A program made the translations under genes and the position numbers. From NCBI GenBank assembly GCA_965243135.1, contig OZ251539.1, positions 2,528,001-2,592,000 of the forward strand: a stretch of DNA of 64,000 nt, in the 5' to 3' direction. Positions within the stretch are counted from its first letter, which is position 1; the number at the start of each line of letters is the position of its first letter. Below are positions 1 to 11,265 of the stretch, in pieces. This stretch comes from Alphaproteobacteria bacterium. Its GTDB lineage: Bacteria; Pseudomonadota; Alphaproteobacteria; MPNO01; UBA830. A model generated the notes under the pieces. It was not told where the DNA came from. It made no database searches and saw only the letters and a list, made by a program, of their open reading frames with translations.

Positions 1-1
1 C

Positions 2-388
2 TCCAAAAAGGCCAAAACCTGGGAGCCCGAAGGCGCGCGCCTCCGCACCTGGCTCTACCGGGTCGCGAACAATCTCTGCATCGACCGGCAACGCGCGCGA
101 CGCCCCGAAATCCCGATCGACGAAACTTCCGAAGCCGCGCCGGTCGATCCGCAGCCCCGTCTTGACGGAAAGCTGGATGCATCCCGGATTGTCCAGAACG
201 CGCTTTCCAGACTGCCGCGACGCCAACAGGCGATCCTGGTGTTGGTATATTGCCTAGGCCACAGGGTACGCGAGGCGGCGGAGATAATGCAGATCAGCGA
301 ACATGCCGCCGAGTCCCTGCTTTCCAGGGCGCGTTGCGCGATGCGCGGCGCTCTCGAGCCGGAGGACATTGCAGGAGTCGCCGTATGA
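2..388 (+). CDS. ECF RNA polymerase sigma-70 factor, 5'-truncated by the window edge
   Basis: Manual translation of frame 2 (not in the ORF track) gives ...LRTWLYRVANNLCIDRQR (region 2) and ALSRLPRRQQAILVLVYCLGHRVREAAEIMQISEHAAESLLSRAR (region 4). TGA at 386-388. Confidence 0.9.
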   Translation, partial: SKKAKTWEPEGARLRTWLYRVANNLCIDRQRARRPEIPIDETSEAAPVDPQPRLDGKLDASRIVQNALSRLPRRQQAILVLVYCLGHRVREAAEIMQISEHAAESLLSRARCAMRGALEPEDIAGVAV

Positions 389-693
389 CCAGCGCCGTCC
401 ACGAACGCCGTCTGAACGAAGCGTTGGCGACTTTGCGGCCATCGCCTCCAACCGAATCGCTGCGCCGCCGCGTTCTGGAGATGGCGCCGGGACGGCGCGC
501 GCTCGATCCTGTCCGGACAGCCCTCGCCGCCTCGCTGCTCGCCGCGCTCGCGACCGCCGCCTCGCTCGGCGTCACCGAAGAGGCTCCGGTCGCGTACCTG
601 GAGGAAATAACCCCTGACACCCTGCCGCTGGTGGACGAACTGGCGGCAAGCGACGCAGAACCGGAGCAAGTCGCGGCTTTGCCGCTCGACTGA
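385..693 (+). CDS. Small single-TM protein, putative anti-sigma factor
   Basis: ATGA overlap with the sigma gene stop. One hydrophobic helix (ALAASLLAALATAASLG) and an acidic C-terminus. Confidence 0.6.
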   Translation: MTSAVHERRLNEALATLRPSPPTESLRRRVLEMAPGRRALDPVRTALAASLLAALATAASLGVTEEAPVAYLEEITPDTLPLVDELAASDAEPEQVAALPLD

Positions 694-1242
694 GGCCTCG
701 GCAGGCCGGGCGACCGCAGGGCGCCAGTCCGGCCTGCCGCGAACGCCGTTCTTCTCGCCAAGGCGTCCGGTCGCCGCGTCCGCCGCCCGCATGGAAGAGG
801 CCGAGCTCTTTTGAGGGCGCGTTCGGTCCGGGCGCGTCGACGGTCGAACCAGCCTCGGAAAAATCGCGCTCGCCGCGGTTCCGCGCGGCGAAACCGCCAG
901 CCGATGCCCGCGCAAAACGCCCGCCTCGCCTTTGCCCGCAATGCACGCGACTGCGGCCGGCGTCCGCTTGAGGACGCATCGTCGATATCGCAATGCCGGA
1001 AGTCGGCGAGACCCTTCCGCCTCGTCCGCCTCGGAAACGCCGCGGCGCGCCCGCTTCGCGCGACCTCGGCGACCGCCCCGGCGCCGTCCGAGACGGAAAA
1101 GTCCACGCCCTCTTTCGCTGCGTCCCGCATAATGCCGGTCAAACCCCGCGGCGGCGCCCGCAACGACCTTGACATCCTTTCGCCTCCGGTAACGAGAATG
1201 TTATTGTAAAGCGGAGCGACGCTGGCCTATGCATAAGGAGAC

Positions 1243-1854
1243 ATGGAAATGACGAGACAGGCGGCCGCCCTCCTCGTGGCGGCCTCGGGCGTCGCCGCCG
1301 ACGCAGCCGCCGCGCAGTTGACGGCGACGTTCGCCGGCGGTTGCTTCTGGTGCGTCGAAGCGGACTTCGACAAGGTGCCGGGCGTGCTGGCGACCACCTC
1401 CGGATATACCGGAGGCAGAACGCCGAACCCGAACTACGGACAGGTTTCCGGCGGCGACACGGGACATCTGGAAGCGCTGCAAGTCACTTACGACCCGGCC
1501 AAGACGACCTACGCGCAACTGCTGACCGTATTCTGGCATTCCATCGATCCGACGGACCCGGGCGGGCAGTTCTGCGACCGCGGGGAACCGTACCAAACGG
1601 CGGTGTTCGTAGGCGACGACGCGCAGCGCCAACTTGCGGAGGAATCCAGGGCGGCGGCAATGCAATCGCTCGGGAAGGACATCGTCACTCCCATCAGGGC
1701 GGCGGCCGATTTCTATCCTGCGGAGGGCTATCATCAGGATTACTACAAGAAGAATCCGCTCCGCTACAAGCTCTACCGATGGAATTGCAGACGCGATCAG
1801 CGGATTCGCAAGCTTTGGGGCGACAAGGCGTTTACGGGCATCCCCGGGAAATAA
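1243..1854 (+). CDS. msrA: Peptide-methionine (S)-S-oxide reductase MsrA, probably exported
   Basis: Motifs FAGGCFWC, GYTGG, GQFCDRG and FYPAEGYHQDY; Ala-rich signal-peptide-like N-terminus; AAGGAG RBS. Confidence 0.95.
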   Translation: MEMTRQAAALLVAASGVAADAAAAQLTATFAGGCFWCVEADFDKVPGVLATTSGYTGGRTPNPNYGQVSGGDTGHLEALQVTYDPAKTTYAQLLTVFWHSIDPTDPGGQFCDRGEPYQTAVFVGDDAQRQLAEESRAAAMQSLGKDIVTPIRAAADFYPAEGYHQDYYKKNPLRYKLYRWNCRRDQRIRKLWGDKAFTGIPGK

Positions 1855-2142
1855 CGGCGGCGCAGGCCGCCGTCCCGCGCCGAGGAAGAACGAAGACCGT
1901 CCGCCCGAGCGCAGCGGGAAGGATGCTCCGCAGCCGGACTCGCAAACGGCGGCGAAGCCGATCGAAAATTCGCAACGCCGGGGAAAAACGCGGCGGCAAC
2001 CCGCGCCATCGCCGGTTCGACGGAAACCGCGGGTTGGAAAACCTTGCCGAACAACCCGAAATTCTTGTCCGCGCGCCGTCGCTCCGACAGGAAAACCGGC
2101 GCGCCGTTCCTTCGCCGAACCGCCGGCAGTTCCGCTTCCAAC

Positions 2143-2988
2143 CTAAAAATCGAGCGCCTGACCGCGGACCGTGTATCTGCGGAGGAGGCGGGTTTGGTCG
2201 CGCGGGAAGTCGGTTCGCGCATGCATCGTGCACCAGTTGTCCCACATGACCAGGTCGCCGGGCCGCCAGGCGTGCTCGTAGACGACGTCAGCCGACCTCA
2301 CGTGGTCGATCGCCGCATCGAGCAATTCGCGGCTCTCGTCCTTCCCGAAGCCCTCGACCAAGGCCGTCATCAATTCGTTCACGTAAAGCGCGCGACGGCC
2401 GCTTCGGGGATGCCTCACCACCGCGGGCTGCCAGCAGTGATCGTAACGATCGACGTCCTCTCCCGGATCGACCCGTTCGACGGGAAGGTATTTGTAGATT
2501 TGAAGAACCCTTCTTCCGTCGAGCCGCGCCTTCAGGTCGCCAGCCAGAGTTTCCCAAGCCTCGTACATGTTGGCGAAGAGCGTATGGCCGCCCTCGCGAG
2601 TCACCTCGATCGCGTAGAGCATGGTGCCCCAGTCGGGTTCGGGCGCGTAGCACTTGTCGTGGTGAAAGAACATCTCTCCGTCCGGCAACGAACCGATCGG
2701 CGCCCCGTCCTTGCGGAGGTTGGTGATCAGCATGACGTTTTCCGCCGCCGGACCTTCGGGGCGTTCCTCCGCCCTGCGCAACCGCCCGCCGAGCGGTCCG
2801 AAAGCCTCGCAAAACCGTCGCTGCGCCTCGGCCGTCAGATCCTGGCCGCGAAAAAGCAGGATCAGGTGTTCCGTCCACGCATCGATCAAGGCATCCCGGG
2901 TCTCCGGATCCAGCGGCCTCGACAGATCGAGTCCGCGCACCTCGGCGCCGAGCGAGCGATGAAGCGGATGAAGCGTGAATTCTCGCAT
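2143..2988 (-). CDS. TauD/TfdA family Fe(II)/2-oxoglutarate dioxygenase
   Basis: LGAEVRGLDL, HxD (FHHDKCY), GGHTLFANM, WRPGDLVMWDNWCTMHAR. Confidence 0.92.
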   Translation of the reverse strand: MREFTLHPLHRSLGAEVRGLDLSRPLDPETRDALIDAWTEHLILLFRGQDLTAEAQRRFCEAFGPLGGRLRRAEERPEGPAAENVMLITNLRKDGAPIGSLPDGEMFFHHDKCYAPEPDWGTMLYAIEVTREGGHTLFANMYEAWETLAGDLKARLDGRRVLQIYKYLPVERVDPGEDVDRYDHCWQPAVVRHPRSGRRALYVNELMTALVEGFGKDESRELLDAAIDHVRSADVVYEHAWRPGDLVMWDNWCTMHARTDFPRDQTRLLRRYTVRGQALDF

Positions 2989-3677
2989 TCGGAAACGCTA
3001 TTCCCCGAAATCCGCAGGGTCAACCGCGGCGAGGCGTCCGCAAAATTCGTCCGAAGCCCGCGGCGCGAGCGGGCGCGACCCGAGGCCGGGCAGGCTCTCG
3101 AACACAATCCGCCGCGGCTGCCGGGGGGTTCGTAAACCGGGCAGAGGGCGTGGACGGGTGGCAGGTCGCTGCAATCGATCACGGCGATCTCCGGTGACGG
3201 GCCCGCCCGGCGTCATGGACGAAAGGACTGTCCTCGTCAGGTCGCTTCGGCCGGCGGGACGGCAGGGTAGCGGCCGGTTCGAGGACATCGGCGTCGGAAA
3301 CAAACACGTGCGCTTTCCAAGAGACGAGATCGGCGGCGCTGCGCTTGAGCGTAGGGAGGCCGTCAGCCCTTCGACCTCGATGCGGTCGGCAAGTCCGGTC
3401 GTGTTGCGGGCGCCAGTTCCAGCCGTTGGCGAGAGGGAACGATGCGGAACGGACAAGAGCCGCGTCGCCGAGGTCAGCCGGGGTTATCTTCGGGCCGCCC
3501 CCGCAGACTGCGCGGAAGGCGATGGCCCGCGTTTCGACCCCAGCTTGAAACTCGGGTTACGCCGGAATACAGTCCGTCGCCGCGAAGCGCTCTCCTGCGC
3601 GCCGCGGAACGGATCGACGATGCGAAACGGGAACCCCGCGCGATTCCACGCGGCGAAGCACGCCGGTTAGCCGACTC

Positions 3678-4511
3678 ATGTCCGACGGCATCGCCCTCTT
3701 CGATCGGCGCGTCGTTCGCCGCCACCGCGACCGCTCGGCCGGCCTCGGCGGCAAGCACGACTTCCTTCACCGGGAAGTCGCCGCCCGTCTCGACGACCGC
3801 CTGCAGGACGTCGCGCGCCCGTTCCCCGCCAGACTGAACATGGGAAGCGGCCATGCGGGTCCGGCTGGAGGGATCGCGACGGATCTGTCGGAGCGTCTGC
3901 TTCGACGCCGCGGATCGCTGCCGGCGGTGGTCGCCGACGACGAATGCCTTCCGTTCGCCGAAAACGCGTTCGACTTGATCACGTCCTGCCTGACGCTGCA
4001 CTGGGCGAACGACCTGCCCGGCGCCCTCATCCAGATCCGCCGGGCTCTAAGGCCGGACGGCCTGTTTCTCGGGGCGCTGCTCGGAGGCGACACGCTCGTC
4101 GAATTGCGCCGCGCCCTTCTCGAAGCCGAAGCCGACGTCACGGGCGGCGGCGCGGCCCGATGCGCGCCGGTCGTCGACATTTCGCAGGCGGGGAATCTGT
4201 TGCAGCGGGCGGGGTTCGCGCTGCCGGTGGCCGACGCCGATACGATCATTGCCGATTACCCGGACATGTTCGGCCTGTTGCGCGACCTTCGGGGCATGGG
4301 CGAAACCAGCGCTCTCGCGAAAAGGCGGCCTCTCCGCCGCGCGGCGCTCTTCGCGGCGGCGGCGCGATACCGGGAGCTCCATGGCGGCCCCGACGGACGC
4401 CTTCCCGCGACGTTTCAGGTGATCTGGCTCTCCGGTTGGGGGCCGCACGAATCCCAGCAGCGAGCGCTGCCTCCGGGCAGCGCAACCGCAAGGCTTGCGG
4501 ATGCGCTTTGA
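3678..4511 (+). CDS. SAM-dependent methyltransferase (BioC/NDUFAF5-like)
   Basis: LPFAENAFDLITSCLTLHWANDLPG, LLQRAGFALPVAD, ATFQVIWLSGWGPHESQ. Confidence 0.9.
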   Translation: MSDGIALFDRRVVRRHRDRSAGLGGKHDFLHREVAARLDDRLQDVARPFPARLNMGSGHAGPAGGIATDLSERLLRRRGSLPAVVADDECLPFAENAFDLITSCLTLHWANDLPGALIQIRRALRPDGLFLGALLGGDTLVELRRALLEAEADVTGGGAARCAPVVDISQAGNLLQRAGFALPVADADTIIADYPDMFGLLRDLRGMGETSALAKRRPLRRAALFAAAARYRELHGGPDGRLPATFQVIWLSGWGPHESQQRALPPGSATARLADAL

Positions 4512-4739
4512 CGGCAAAGGCTTACGCCGCCGCGACGCGCCTTTCCGGCGCCAGCAAGGAATAGACTCCGGCGAGCGCGAATCCCGTAGGCGGCGGATCT
4601 CCCGATAAGGTTGAAACCGCAAGTCGGGCATAGGGAATGAAATGCACGTCGTTCGCCGTCGTGAAGCCGCACGGCGCGCAGCGGCAGAAATGTCCGTTCC
4701 CGAAACAAGGGCTTCGGACGGCAGGGAACCGCCGCCGGC

Positions 4740-4920
4740 CGCCGCGACGGAGGCAGGCGTCGGCGCGTTTTCTGTCGGCGGTCTGAAACGAAGGACGATC
4801 AGCAGGGAGAGCGCCGCCATCGCAGCGCCGATGATCAGATAAGAAGTCCGCCAGCCAAGCGACGCGATCATGAGGCCCGGAAGCGACAGGAATCGTCGGC
4901 GTAGGTCGCCGCGCTGCAAC
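4740..4920 (-). pseudogene. MFS transporter fragment
   Basis: Isolated segment PGLMIASLGWRTSYLIIGAAMAALSLLIVLRF (GWR motif) with no intact start or remaining helices. Boundaries approximate. Confidence 0.4.
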
Positions 4921-5308
4921 GCGGCAACGACGAAGGACACGGCGCGGCGAAGCCGTCGGGGAGGAACGTCCATCCCGTTGAACGGAGGAATTCCAGACTT
5001 GCACTCGGGCCGGTGGGCGCCTTTCGTTATTGCGGCGCAGGATGCCCGCTTCGGCGGCAGGATGTTTTTTCCGTCCGGGCGTTCCCAAGCAGTACCCGCG
5101 CCCCCGCCGCCCGACACCTTGACTCGCGGACCAAGCCGCCTGAATATTGCCCCCACGATTGCCGATCCTTGGGTTACGGTTCCGACTTGATGGGGGATGA
5201 AAAATCGGCGCGATTTGTGGGAACAGGCAGGCTTCGGCCCCTCCCTGTTGTCGTACGCTCCCGCTGCTTGATGGCCGAGAATGTCCGACGCGAGGAAAAG
5301 CGAAACGA

Positions 5309-5730
5309 ATGGACAAGAACGCCAGCGCTCGTTTGACGTCCGATGGGTCGCTTCGTTTCTTCGCGCTGGTGACGCCGCTGAACCTCCCGCCCGAAACGTT
5401 CCCTGACGTATTGCCGCTAGACGAACCGGAACCAGGGTTGCCTCCAGTCGGCGGCATGATGAAGGCGCCGTCCGCCAGGCGGCAGGCGATCGTAGCGACG
5501 CAATCCCCATTACTCGTCGATGCGTTCGGTCTCGACGAGATCCTCGCGCCGGAATTACGTGATAAGGGCCGAACGACCGTTCGCCGATTCGAAGATGAAA
5601 ATTATCGGGACTGGTTGAAAATTATTCGACGAGTGAGCTTTGGCAAAAGAACCTGCTTGGAGACCGTCCGTGATCCGCCTCGCAATATCCGTGGTGGGCC
5701 GGACCGAAGAAGAATTCGTCAAGCGCGGCG
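5309..5730 (+). pseudogene. C-terminal remnant of an AAA_21-type ABC ATPase followed by the first residues of a DUF4276-like gene
   Basis: SDGSLRFFALVT, degenerate Walker B (VLPLDEPEPGL), IVATQSPLLVD, then VIRLAISVVGRTEEEFVK in another frame. No Walker A half. Confidence 0.6.
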
Positions 5731-5739
5731 ATCATGCGC

Positions 5740-6025
5740 TCGCATCGCGCCGTTCGACGGCGAAGGGGGCCGTTCTCTCCTGCGCCGAGGCACTCGCCCG
5801 AAAAAAATCGCCTCGCGGCATCCGGGTCGACGCCGTCGCTCCGGACCCTGTCGACGCGTCCCTCCTGCGGGGGGACGCGCGCGAATTCGAGAAAATGGTT
5901 TTCGAACGCGGGAAGGCCAGGACCGGCTGGCCGCGCCAGCGGCGGCCGGCATCCCTTTTCTGCCGTCGCCGGACGCGAACTGCCTGACCGGGCGCGTCGT
6001 GACCGGCGGCGAGGCGATGAACTGA
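5740..6025 (+). pseudogene. C-terminal remnant of an SDR oxidoreductase
   Basis: KGAVLSCAEALARKKSPRGIRVDAVAP and, frameshifted, FLPSPDANCLTGRVVTGG. Confidence 0.5.
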
Positions 6026-6028
6026 CCC

Positions 6029-8086
6029 ATGGACCCCGCGACGACATGGATCTGCCCGATGCACCCGGAGGTAATCCGGGAAACGGAAAGCGACTGTCCG
6101 ATCTGCGGCATGGCTCTGGAGCCTGCGGGCGCCGCGCCGCAGACCGGCCCGAGCGCCGAGCGGATCGACATGACGCGGCGGTTCTGGATATCCGCCCTGT
6201 TTTTCGCGCCGCTTTTCGCGGTCGCCGCCGGTTTCTCCGATTCTCCGGCCTGGTTGCAATTCGGGCTTGCGGCCCCCGTCGTGCTGTGGGGAGGCCGTCC
6301 GTTCTTCGCGCGCGGCTGGACGTCCGTCGTCAATCGCCAACTCAACATGTTCACGTTGATCGCGCTCGGCACGGGCGCCGCCTTTCTCTACAGCGCGGTC
6401 GCCACTGCGGCGCCCGGAATTTTTTCTTCGCCGCCGCCTCTCTATTTCGAGGCCGCGGGCGCGATCGTAACTCTGACGCTGCTCGGACAGGTTCTGGAGC
6501 TGCGGGCGCGCGAAAGCGCGGGCGACGCGCTCAGGGCGCTGCTCGACCTCGCTCCGGCGACCGCGCGCGTCGTCCGCGAGGATTCCTCCGAGGAAGACAT
6601 GCCCGTCTGCCACGTCTCGGCGGGCGATCGCCTGCGCGTCCGGCCGGGCGAAAAAGTGCCGGTCGACGGTGCCGTGATCGAAGGCGGCGGCTCGGTCGAC
6701 GAATCCATGATCACCGGCGAATCCATGCCGGTTCGCAAGGCCCCCGGGGACGCGGTCATCGGGGCGACGCTTAACGTCGGCGGGAGCTTCGTCATGCGAG
6801 CCGATCGGGTCGGCTCCGACACGACCCTGTCGCGCATCGTGGACATGGTGGCCGAAGCGCAACGCTCCCGCGCGCCGATACAGCGCCTCGCGGACGCGGT
6901 CTCCGCCTGGTTCGTGCCCGCCGTCGTCGCCATCGCGGCGATCGCCTTCGCCGCCTGGCTTGCGGCGGAAGATTTTCCCTTCGCTCTCGTCGCGGCAGTT
7001 TCCGTACTGATCATTTCATGCCCCTGCGCACTCGGCCTCGCGACTCCCATGTCGGTGATGGTCGGAGTCGGCCGCGGCGCGCGCGCCGGCGTTCTGGTCC
7101 GCGAAGCCGGAGCGCTGCAGCAAATGGAGAAGGTCGACACCGTCGTCGTCGACAAGACGGGAACCCTGACCGAAGGACGCCCGGCCGTGACCGCGGTCGC
7201 CGCCGTCGAGGGCTTCGCCGAAGCCGATGTCCTTCGGCTGGCCGCGGCCCTGGAACGGCGCAGCGAACATCCGATCGGGGCGGCGATTCTCAGGGCGGCG
7301 CAGGACGGAAACCTCGATATCGGCGACGTCGACGATTTCGCTTCGGCCGTCGGCGAAGGCGTGTCGGGACGCGAGGGAGCGCGGCGAATCGCCCTCGGCA
7401 GGGAATCCTTCGCTCTTGCCGGCCCCCTGCCCCCGAACTTGGAAGAAAGGGCGGCGCGGCTCCGTGCGGACGGCGCCACCGTCGCCTTCCTCGGCGTCGA
7501 CGGCGCGGCGGCCGGGCTGGTCGCCGTCTCCGACCCGGTGAGAGACGCCGCGCAGGCCGCCCTCGCGGCGCTGCGGCGGGACGGCGTCGCGATCGTCATG
7601 GCGACCGGCGACGACGCCCGCACGGCGCAAGCGGTGGCGCGGCAGGTCGGTCTCGACCGCGTCGTGGCGGATGCCCGCCCGGAAGACAAGAAGCGCCTCG
7701 TCGACGATCTCCGCGGTCGAAACCGTTGCGTCGCCATGGCGGGCGACGGCATCAACGACGCGCCTGCCCTGGCGGCGGCGGACGTCGGAATCGCGATGGG
7801 ATCCGGTTCGGACATAGCGATCGAAAACGCCGGAATCACGCTCGTCAAAGGCGACCTCGCCGGCATCGCGAGGGCGCGGGCGCTCAGCCGGGCCGTAATG
7901 CGCAATATTCGCCAGAACCTGTTCTTCGCCTTCGTCTACAACGCCGTCGGCGTGCCCGTAGCGGCCGGCGTCCTTTACCCGTTCACGGGCGCCCTGCTAA
8001 GCCCCGTCATCGCCGCGGCGGCCATGAGCTTGAGCTCGGTCTCCGTGATCTCGAACGCGCTCCGCCTGCGGTTCCGCAAGCTCTGA
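6029..8086 (+). CDS. copA: Copper-translocating P1B-type ATPase
   Basis: N-terminal [51 protein letters not shown] and MSLSS Cu(I) motifs. Confidence 0.95.
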   Translation: MDPATTWICPMHPEVIRETESDCPICGMALEPAGAAPQTGPSAERIDMTRRFWISALFFAPLFAVAAGFSDSPAWLQFGLAAPVVLWGGRPFFARGWTSVVNRQLNMFTLIALGTGAAFLYSAVATAAPGIFSSPPPLYFEAAGAIVTLTLLGQVLELRARESAGDALRALLDLAPATARVVREDSSEEDMPVCHVSAGDRLRVRPGEKVPVDGAVIEGGGSVDESMITGESMPVRKAPGDAVIGATLNVGGSFVMRADRVGSDTTLSRIVDMVAEAQRSRAPIQRLADAVSAWFVPAVVAIAAIAFAAWLAAEDFPFALVAAVSVLIISCPCALGLATPMSVMVGVGRGARAGVLVREAGALQQMEKVDTVVVDKTGTLTEGRPAVTAVAAVEGFAEADVLRLAAALERRSEHPIGAAILRAAQDGNLDIGDVDDFASAVGEGVSGREGARRIALGRESFALAGPLPPNLEERAARLRADGATVAFLGVDGAAAGLVAVSDPVRDAAQAALAALRRDGVAIVMATGDDARTAQAVARQVGLDRVVADARPEDKKRLVDDLRGRNRCVAMAGDGINDAPALAAADVGIAMGSGSDIAIENAGITLVKGDLAGIARARALSRAVMRNIRQNLFFAFVYNAVGVPVAAGVLYPFTGALLSPVIAAAAMSLSSVSVISNALRLRFRKL

Positions 8087-8095
8087 CCGCCGGCC

Positions 8096-8863
8096 TCAGT
8101 GGACGGTCTGACCGCCGTCGACCACCATCGAAACGCCGTGAACGTAAGATGCGGCGTCGGAAGCGAGAAATGCGATCGCATTGGCGATCTCGTCGCATTC
8201 GGCGAGACGGCCCAGCAGCGCCAGCTCCTCGACGGCCCGGCCGTCGACCATGCCGGATTCGATGTAATTCCTGACCCGCGGCGAAAGCGTCGCGCCGGGG
8301 CAGATGCCGTTCACCCGGATGTTCTCCTTGCCGTAGTCGACGGCCAGCTGCCGGGTCAGCGACAGCACGCCTCCCTTGGCCGCGCAATAGACCGGCATTT
8401 CCGGGTGGCCGATGATGCCGAAGGTGGATGCGACGTTGACGATCGACGCGCCGTTCGGCGCCTTGCGCAACAACGGCAAAAATGCCCTGCACATGAAATA
8501 AACGCTGGAAAGATCGATGCCGATGACGCGCTGCCAGTCGTCCTCTTCCAAATCTTCGAGTTTCTTGACGAAGTTGGTGCCGGCGTTGTTGACGACCGAC
8601 TTCACGTGACCGTGCCTCGAAGCGATGTCGGCGGCGAGCGCTTCGACCTGACGCCGGTCCGAGACGTCGGCGACGTGCCCCTCGCACGACGCCCCGGCGC
8701 GCCGCAGGATATCTTCGGTCTCGCGAACGTTGTCGCCGGTCTTGCTGACGACGACGACATGAGCGCCCAGTTCGCCCAGCGTCTCGCAGCAGGCGCGGCC
8801 GATGCCCTGCCCGCCTCCGGTGACCACGACCGGCGCGCCGTGAAACTTGAGCCGTTCGAGCAT
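8096..8863 (-). CDS. SDR family oxidoreductase
   Basis: TGGGQGIG, NNAG, YCAAK. Start placed at MLERLKF after a GGAGG RBS. Confidence 0.93.
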   Translation of the reverse strand: MLERLKFHGAPVVVTGGGQGIGRACCETLGELGAHVVVVSKTGDNVRETEDILRRAGASCEGHVADVSDRRQVEALAADIASRHGHVKSVVNNAGTNFVKKLEDLEEDDWQRVIGIDLSSVYFMCRAFLPLLRKAPNGASIVNVASTFGIIGHPEMPVYCAAKGGVLSLTRQLAVDYGKENIRVNGICPGATLSPRVRNYIESGMVDGRAVEELALLGRLAECDEIANAIAFLASDAASYVHGVSMVVDGGQTVH

Positions 8864-8888
8864 CGTCCCTCCCCCTGCCCGGCAAACG

Positions 8889-10034
8889 TCAGGCGGCTTT
8901 CGCCTTTCTCTTCTTCGGAACCTTGATGCCGTAGAACCGCGCCGGATTGTCATGAAGGATTTTCCGTTGCTGACGCGGCGTGATGTCGGCTCGCGTCCCG
9001 AGATCTTCTCCCGAACCCTCCCGGGCCTCGAGATGCGGCATGTCTTCCGACACCATGAGGTTGTTTTCGCCGAGATATTCGATCGCCTGCGGCAGCAGGC
9101 GTTCGCCGGCTTCGCAGGTAGCGTAGATCCGGTCCTTGTAGGATTCGGGGCTTCCCGACGTGATCGGTTCAAGTCCGAACGACGAACGAAAGAATTCGCA
9201 GACCGGATAGTAGTGATCCATGCGCTCCAGATACCATGGGATCCAGCCCGCTCCGCCTTCGAGAAAGATCACACGAAGCTCGGGATGGCGGTCGAGAATG
9301 CCCCCGCCGGCGAAGGAATAGAAGCCGATGAGCAGCGGCAAGGTGAAAGAAACGTTGAGCGAGGACGAGTGTTCGTCGCACAGCTGCCGCAACGGGCCCG
9401 GCCATCCCACGTGCACTGCGACGGGAAGGCCGCATTCGGCCGCCTGATCCCAAACCCGGTCGAACCTGCGGTCGTGCAGCATGGTATCGCCGACGGTGCC
9501 GTAACACATCAAGCCGACGGCGCCCGCGTCCTTCGCGCGGCGTATCTCCCTGACCGCCGCGCCGGGTTCGCGCAGAGGCAGCGACGCCACCCATCTCAGA
9601 CGACCGGGCGCCTCGCCGCAACGTTCGGCGATCCATTTGTTGTAGCTGACCTCAAGCGCCGCCTGGAATTCATCGTCGTCGGTCAAGGGCGCGAACAGAA
9701 GGGTCGGATAGATCACCTGGACGTCGACGCCGGCGCGGTCGAGGTCGGCGATCCGCGCGGGCACGTCCATCAGCGACTGATTGCCGACGGAGAACTCCTT
9801 CATCCCGGCATGCACGGAGGTCAAAGGGCAGCCGATCTGGACCGTCCCCGGCCCCCAGGTCCACTGCACCGCCTTGCCGTCCACCAGCCAGAACGAATTG
9901 TCCACTCCCATATACGGCGCCTCGGCGGGCGGAACGGTGACGGCCAGGGGCCGCCGGTGCCGGAACTTCCTGGGCAGATAGTCCCATGTCTCCTCCACTT
10001 CGTAGACATGGGAATCGGCGTCGATATAGGTCAT
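8889..10034 (-). CDS. Amidohydrolase_2 family protein
   Basis: IDADSH, VQVIYPT, LPVAVHVG, FLEGGAGW, SEDMPH. Confidence 0.9.
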   Translation of the reverse strand: MTYIDADSHVYEVEETWDYLPRKFRHRRPLAVTVPPAEAPYMGVDNSFWLVDGKAVQWTWGPGTVQIGCPLTSVHAGMKEFSVGNQSLMDVPARIADLDRAGVDVQVIYPTLLFAPLTDDDEFQAALEVSYNKWIAERCGEAPGRLRWVASLPLREPGAAVREIRRAKDAGAVGLMCYGTVGDTMLHDRRFDRVWDQAAECGLPVAVHVGWPGPLRQLCDEHSSSLNVSFTLPLLIGFYSFAGGGILDRHPELRVIFLEGGAGWIPWYLERMDHYYPVCEFFRSSFGLEPITSGSPESYKDRIYATCEAGERLLPQAIEYLGENNLMVSEDMPHLEAREGSGEDLGTRADITPRQQRKILHDNPARFYGIKVPKKRKAKAA

Positions 10035-10071
10035 GGCGAAACTCTCCAGCAGGTGGTTCCCCCGCGGAACG

Positions 10072-11265
10072 TCACTCCGCGGCGGCGGCGGTCGTCGTCT
10101 CGAAGCCGCGATACTGCGCGTCGGACAGGGTTTGCAGCGCCGGAAGCACGTCGGAAGCGAACAACCTGATGCTCTTTTCGGTCGCCGCGGCCGGCAGCGT
10201 GCCGAAATGCGCCAGGGCGACGAAGGTCCCGAATCCCAGCGCCTCATGGCACGCGGCGAGCTTGCGCCGCACGGTCTCCGGGCTGCCGACGACGACCACG
10301 CCGTTTTCCATCAGCCCCTCCATCGTCTGGGTCGACATGATGCCCCGCTTGTGAGCTGCAACCCGTTTCCACGAGCGGGGCGTGAGGTATCCCGGCGGGA
10401 ACAGCGTGTCGAACGGCAGGTACAGAAACTTGTTGAACAGCGCCTCCATGTGCGGCGCCGCCTCCGCAACGGCCCGCTCGTCGGTTTCCGCGACGTAAAC
10501 CGGAGCCGTCCAGGCGATCTGGTCCGAAGACGCGGCGTAGCCGTATTTCGCCTCGGCCGTCTCGCGGTACTGGTCGAGAAACTTGCGGACGTTCCGGAAC
10601 GGGCTGTAGTTCTGGGCGTAAACGTACCGGCGGTCGGGGTGTGCGGCCCATTCGATCGTCTCGGTGGAACCGAGCGACGGGCACCAGATCGGCGGATGCG
10701 GGGTTTGATACGGTCGCGGCCAGACGTTCACGTACTCGAAGTGAAAATGCTTGCCCTCGAACGCGAAGGGCCCCTCCTCCGTCCAGGCGCGGACGACGAG
10801 ATCGTGGACTTCCACGTGGCGTTCGTGACTGAAGGTCGGATTCGCCCCCATCGAATAGAACTCGGCTCCGATGCCCCGCACGAAACCGGTGACCAACCGT
10901 CCCCCGGTGATGCAGTCGATCATGGCGTGCTCTTCGGCCAACGTCAGCGGATGCTCGCGCAACGCGAACGCGTTGCCGAGGATCGCGATGCGGCAGCTTT
11001 CCGTCCGGCGCGAGAGGGACGACGCCATGACCACCGGCGACGGCATCAGGCCGTAGGCGTTCTGATGGTGTTCGTTGACGGCGATGCCGTCGAAGCCGAG
11101 TTCGGCCGCCAGTTCCAGTTCGTCGAGGTAACGGTTGTAGAGTTGGTGCCCCGCCTTCGGATCGTACAGCCGGTTGGGCAACGTGACCCAGGCCGACGAA
11201 TGCCGGCCGCGCTCCGTCATGTCGAGCGCGGCATACGGCATCAGGTGGAACATGAAGACCTTCAT
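10072..11265 (-). CDS. LLM-class flavin-dependent oxidoreductase
   Basis: ELGFDGIAVNEHH, GRLVTGFVRGIG, WPRPYQTPHPPIW, VGSPETV. Confidence 0.93.
   Translation of the reverse strand: MKVFMFHLMPYAALDMTERGRHSSAWVTLPNRLYDPKAGHQLYNRYLDELELAAELGFDGIAVNEHHQNAYGLMPSPVVMASSLSRRTESCRIAILGNAFALREHPLTLAEEHAMIDCITGGRLVTGFVRGIGAEFYSMGANPTFSHERHVEVHDLVVRAWTEEGPFAFEGKHFHFEYVNVWPRPYQTPHPPIWCPSLGSTETIEWAAHPDRRYVYAQNYSPFRNVRKFLDQYRETAEAKYGYAASSDQIAWTAPVYVAETDERAVAEAAPHMEALFNKFLYLPFDTLFPPGYLTPRSWKRVAAHKRGIMSTQTMEGLMENGVVVVGSPETVRRKLAACHEALGFGTFVALAHFGTLPAAATEKSIRLFASDVLPALQTLSDAQYRGFETTTAAAAE

Noticed and set aside
700-1200. Overlapping ORFs between the anti-sigma gene and msrA
   Set aside because: Arg/Ala/Pro-rich frames with no motif. 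A TTGACA at 1169-1174 lacks a convincing -10.
3000-3670. ComF-like gene expected near the methyltransferase, or any CDS here
   Set aside because: No ComF CxxC or PRT motifs were found, and the ORFs are low-complexity GC-rich frames.
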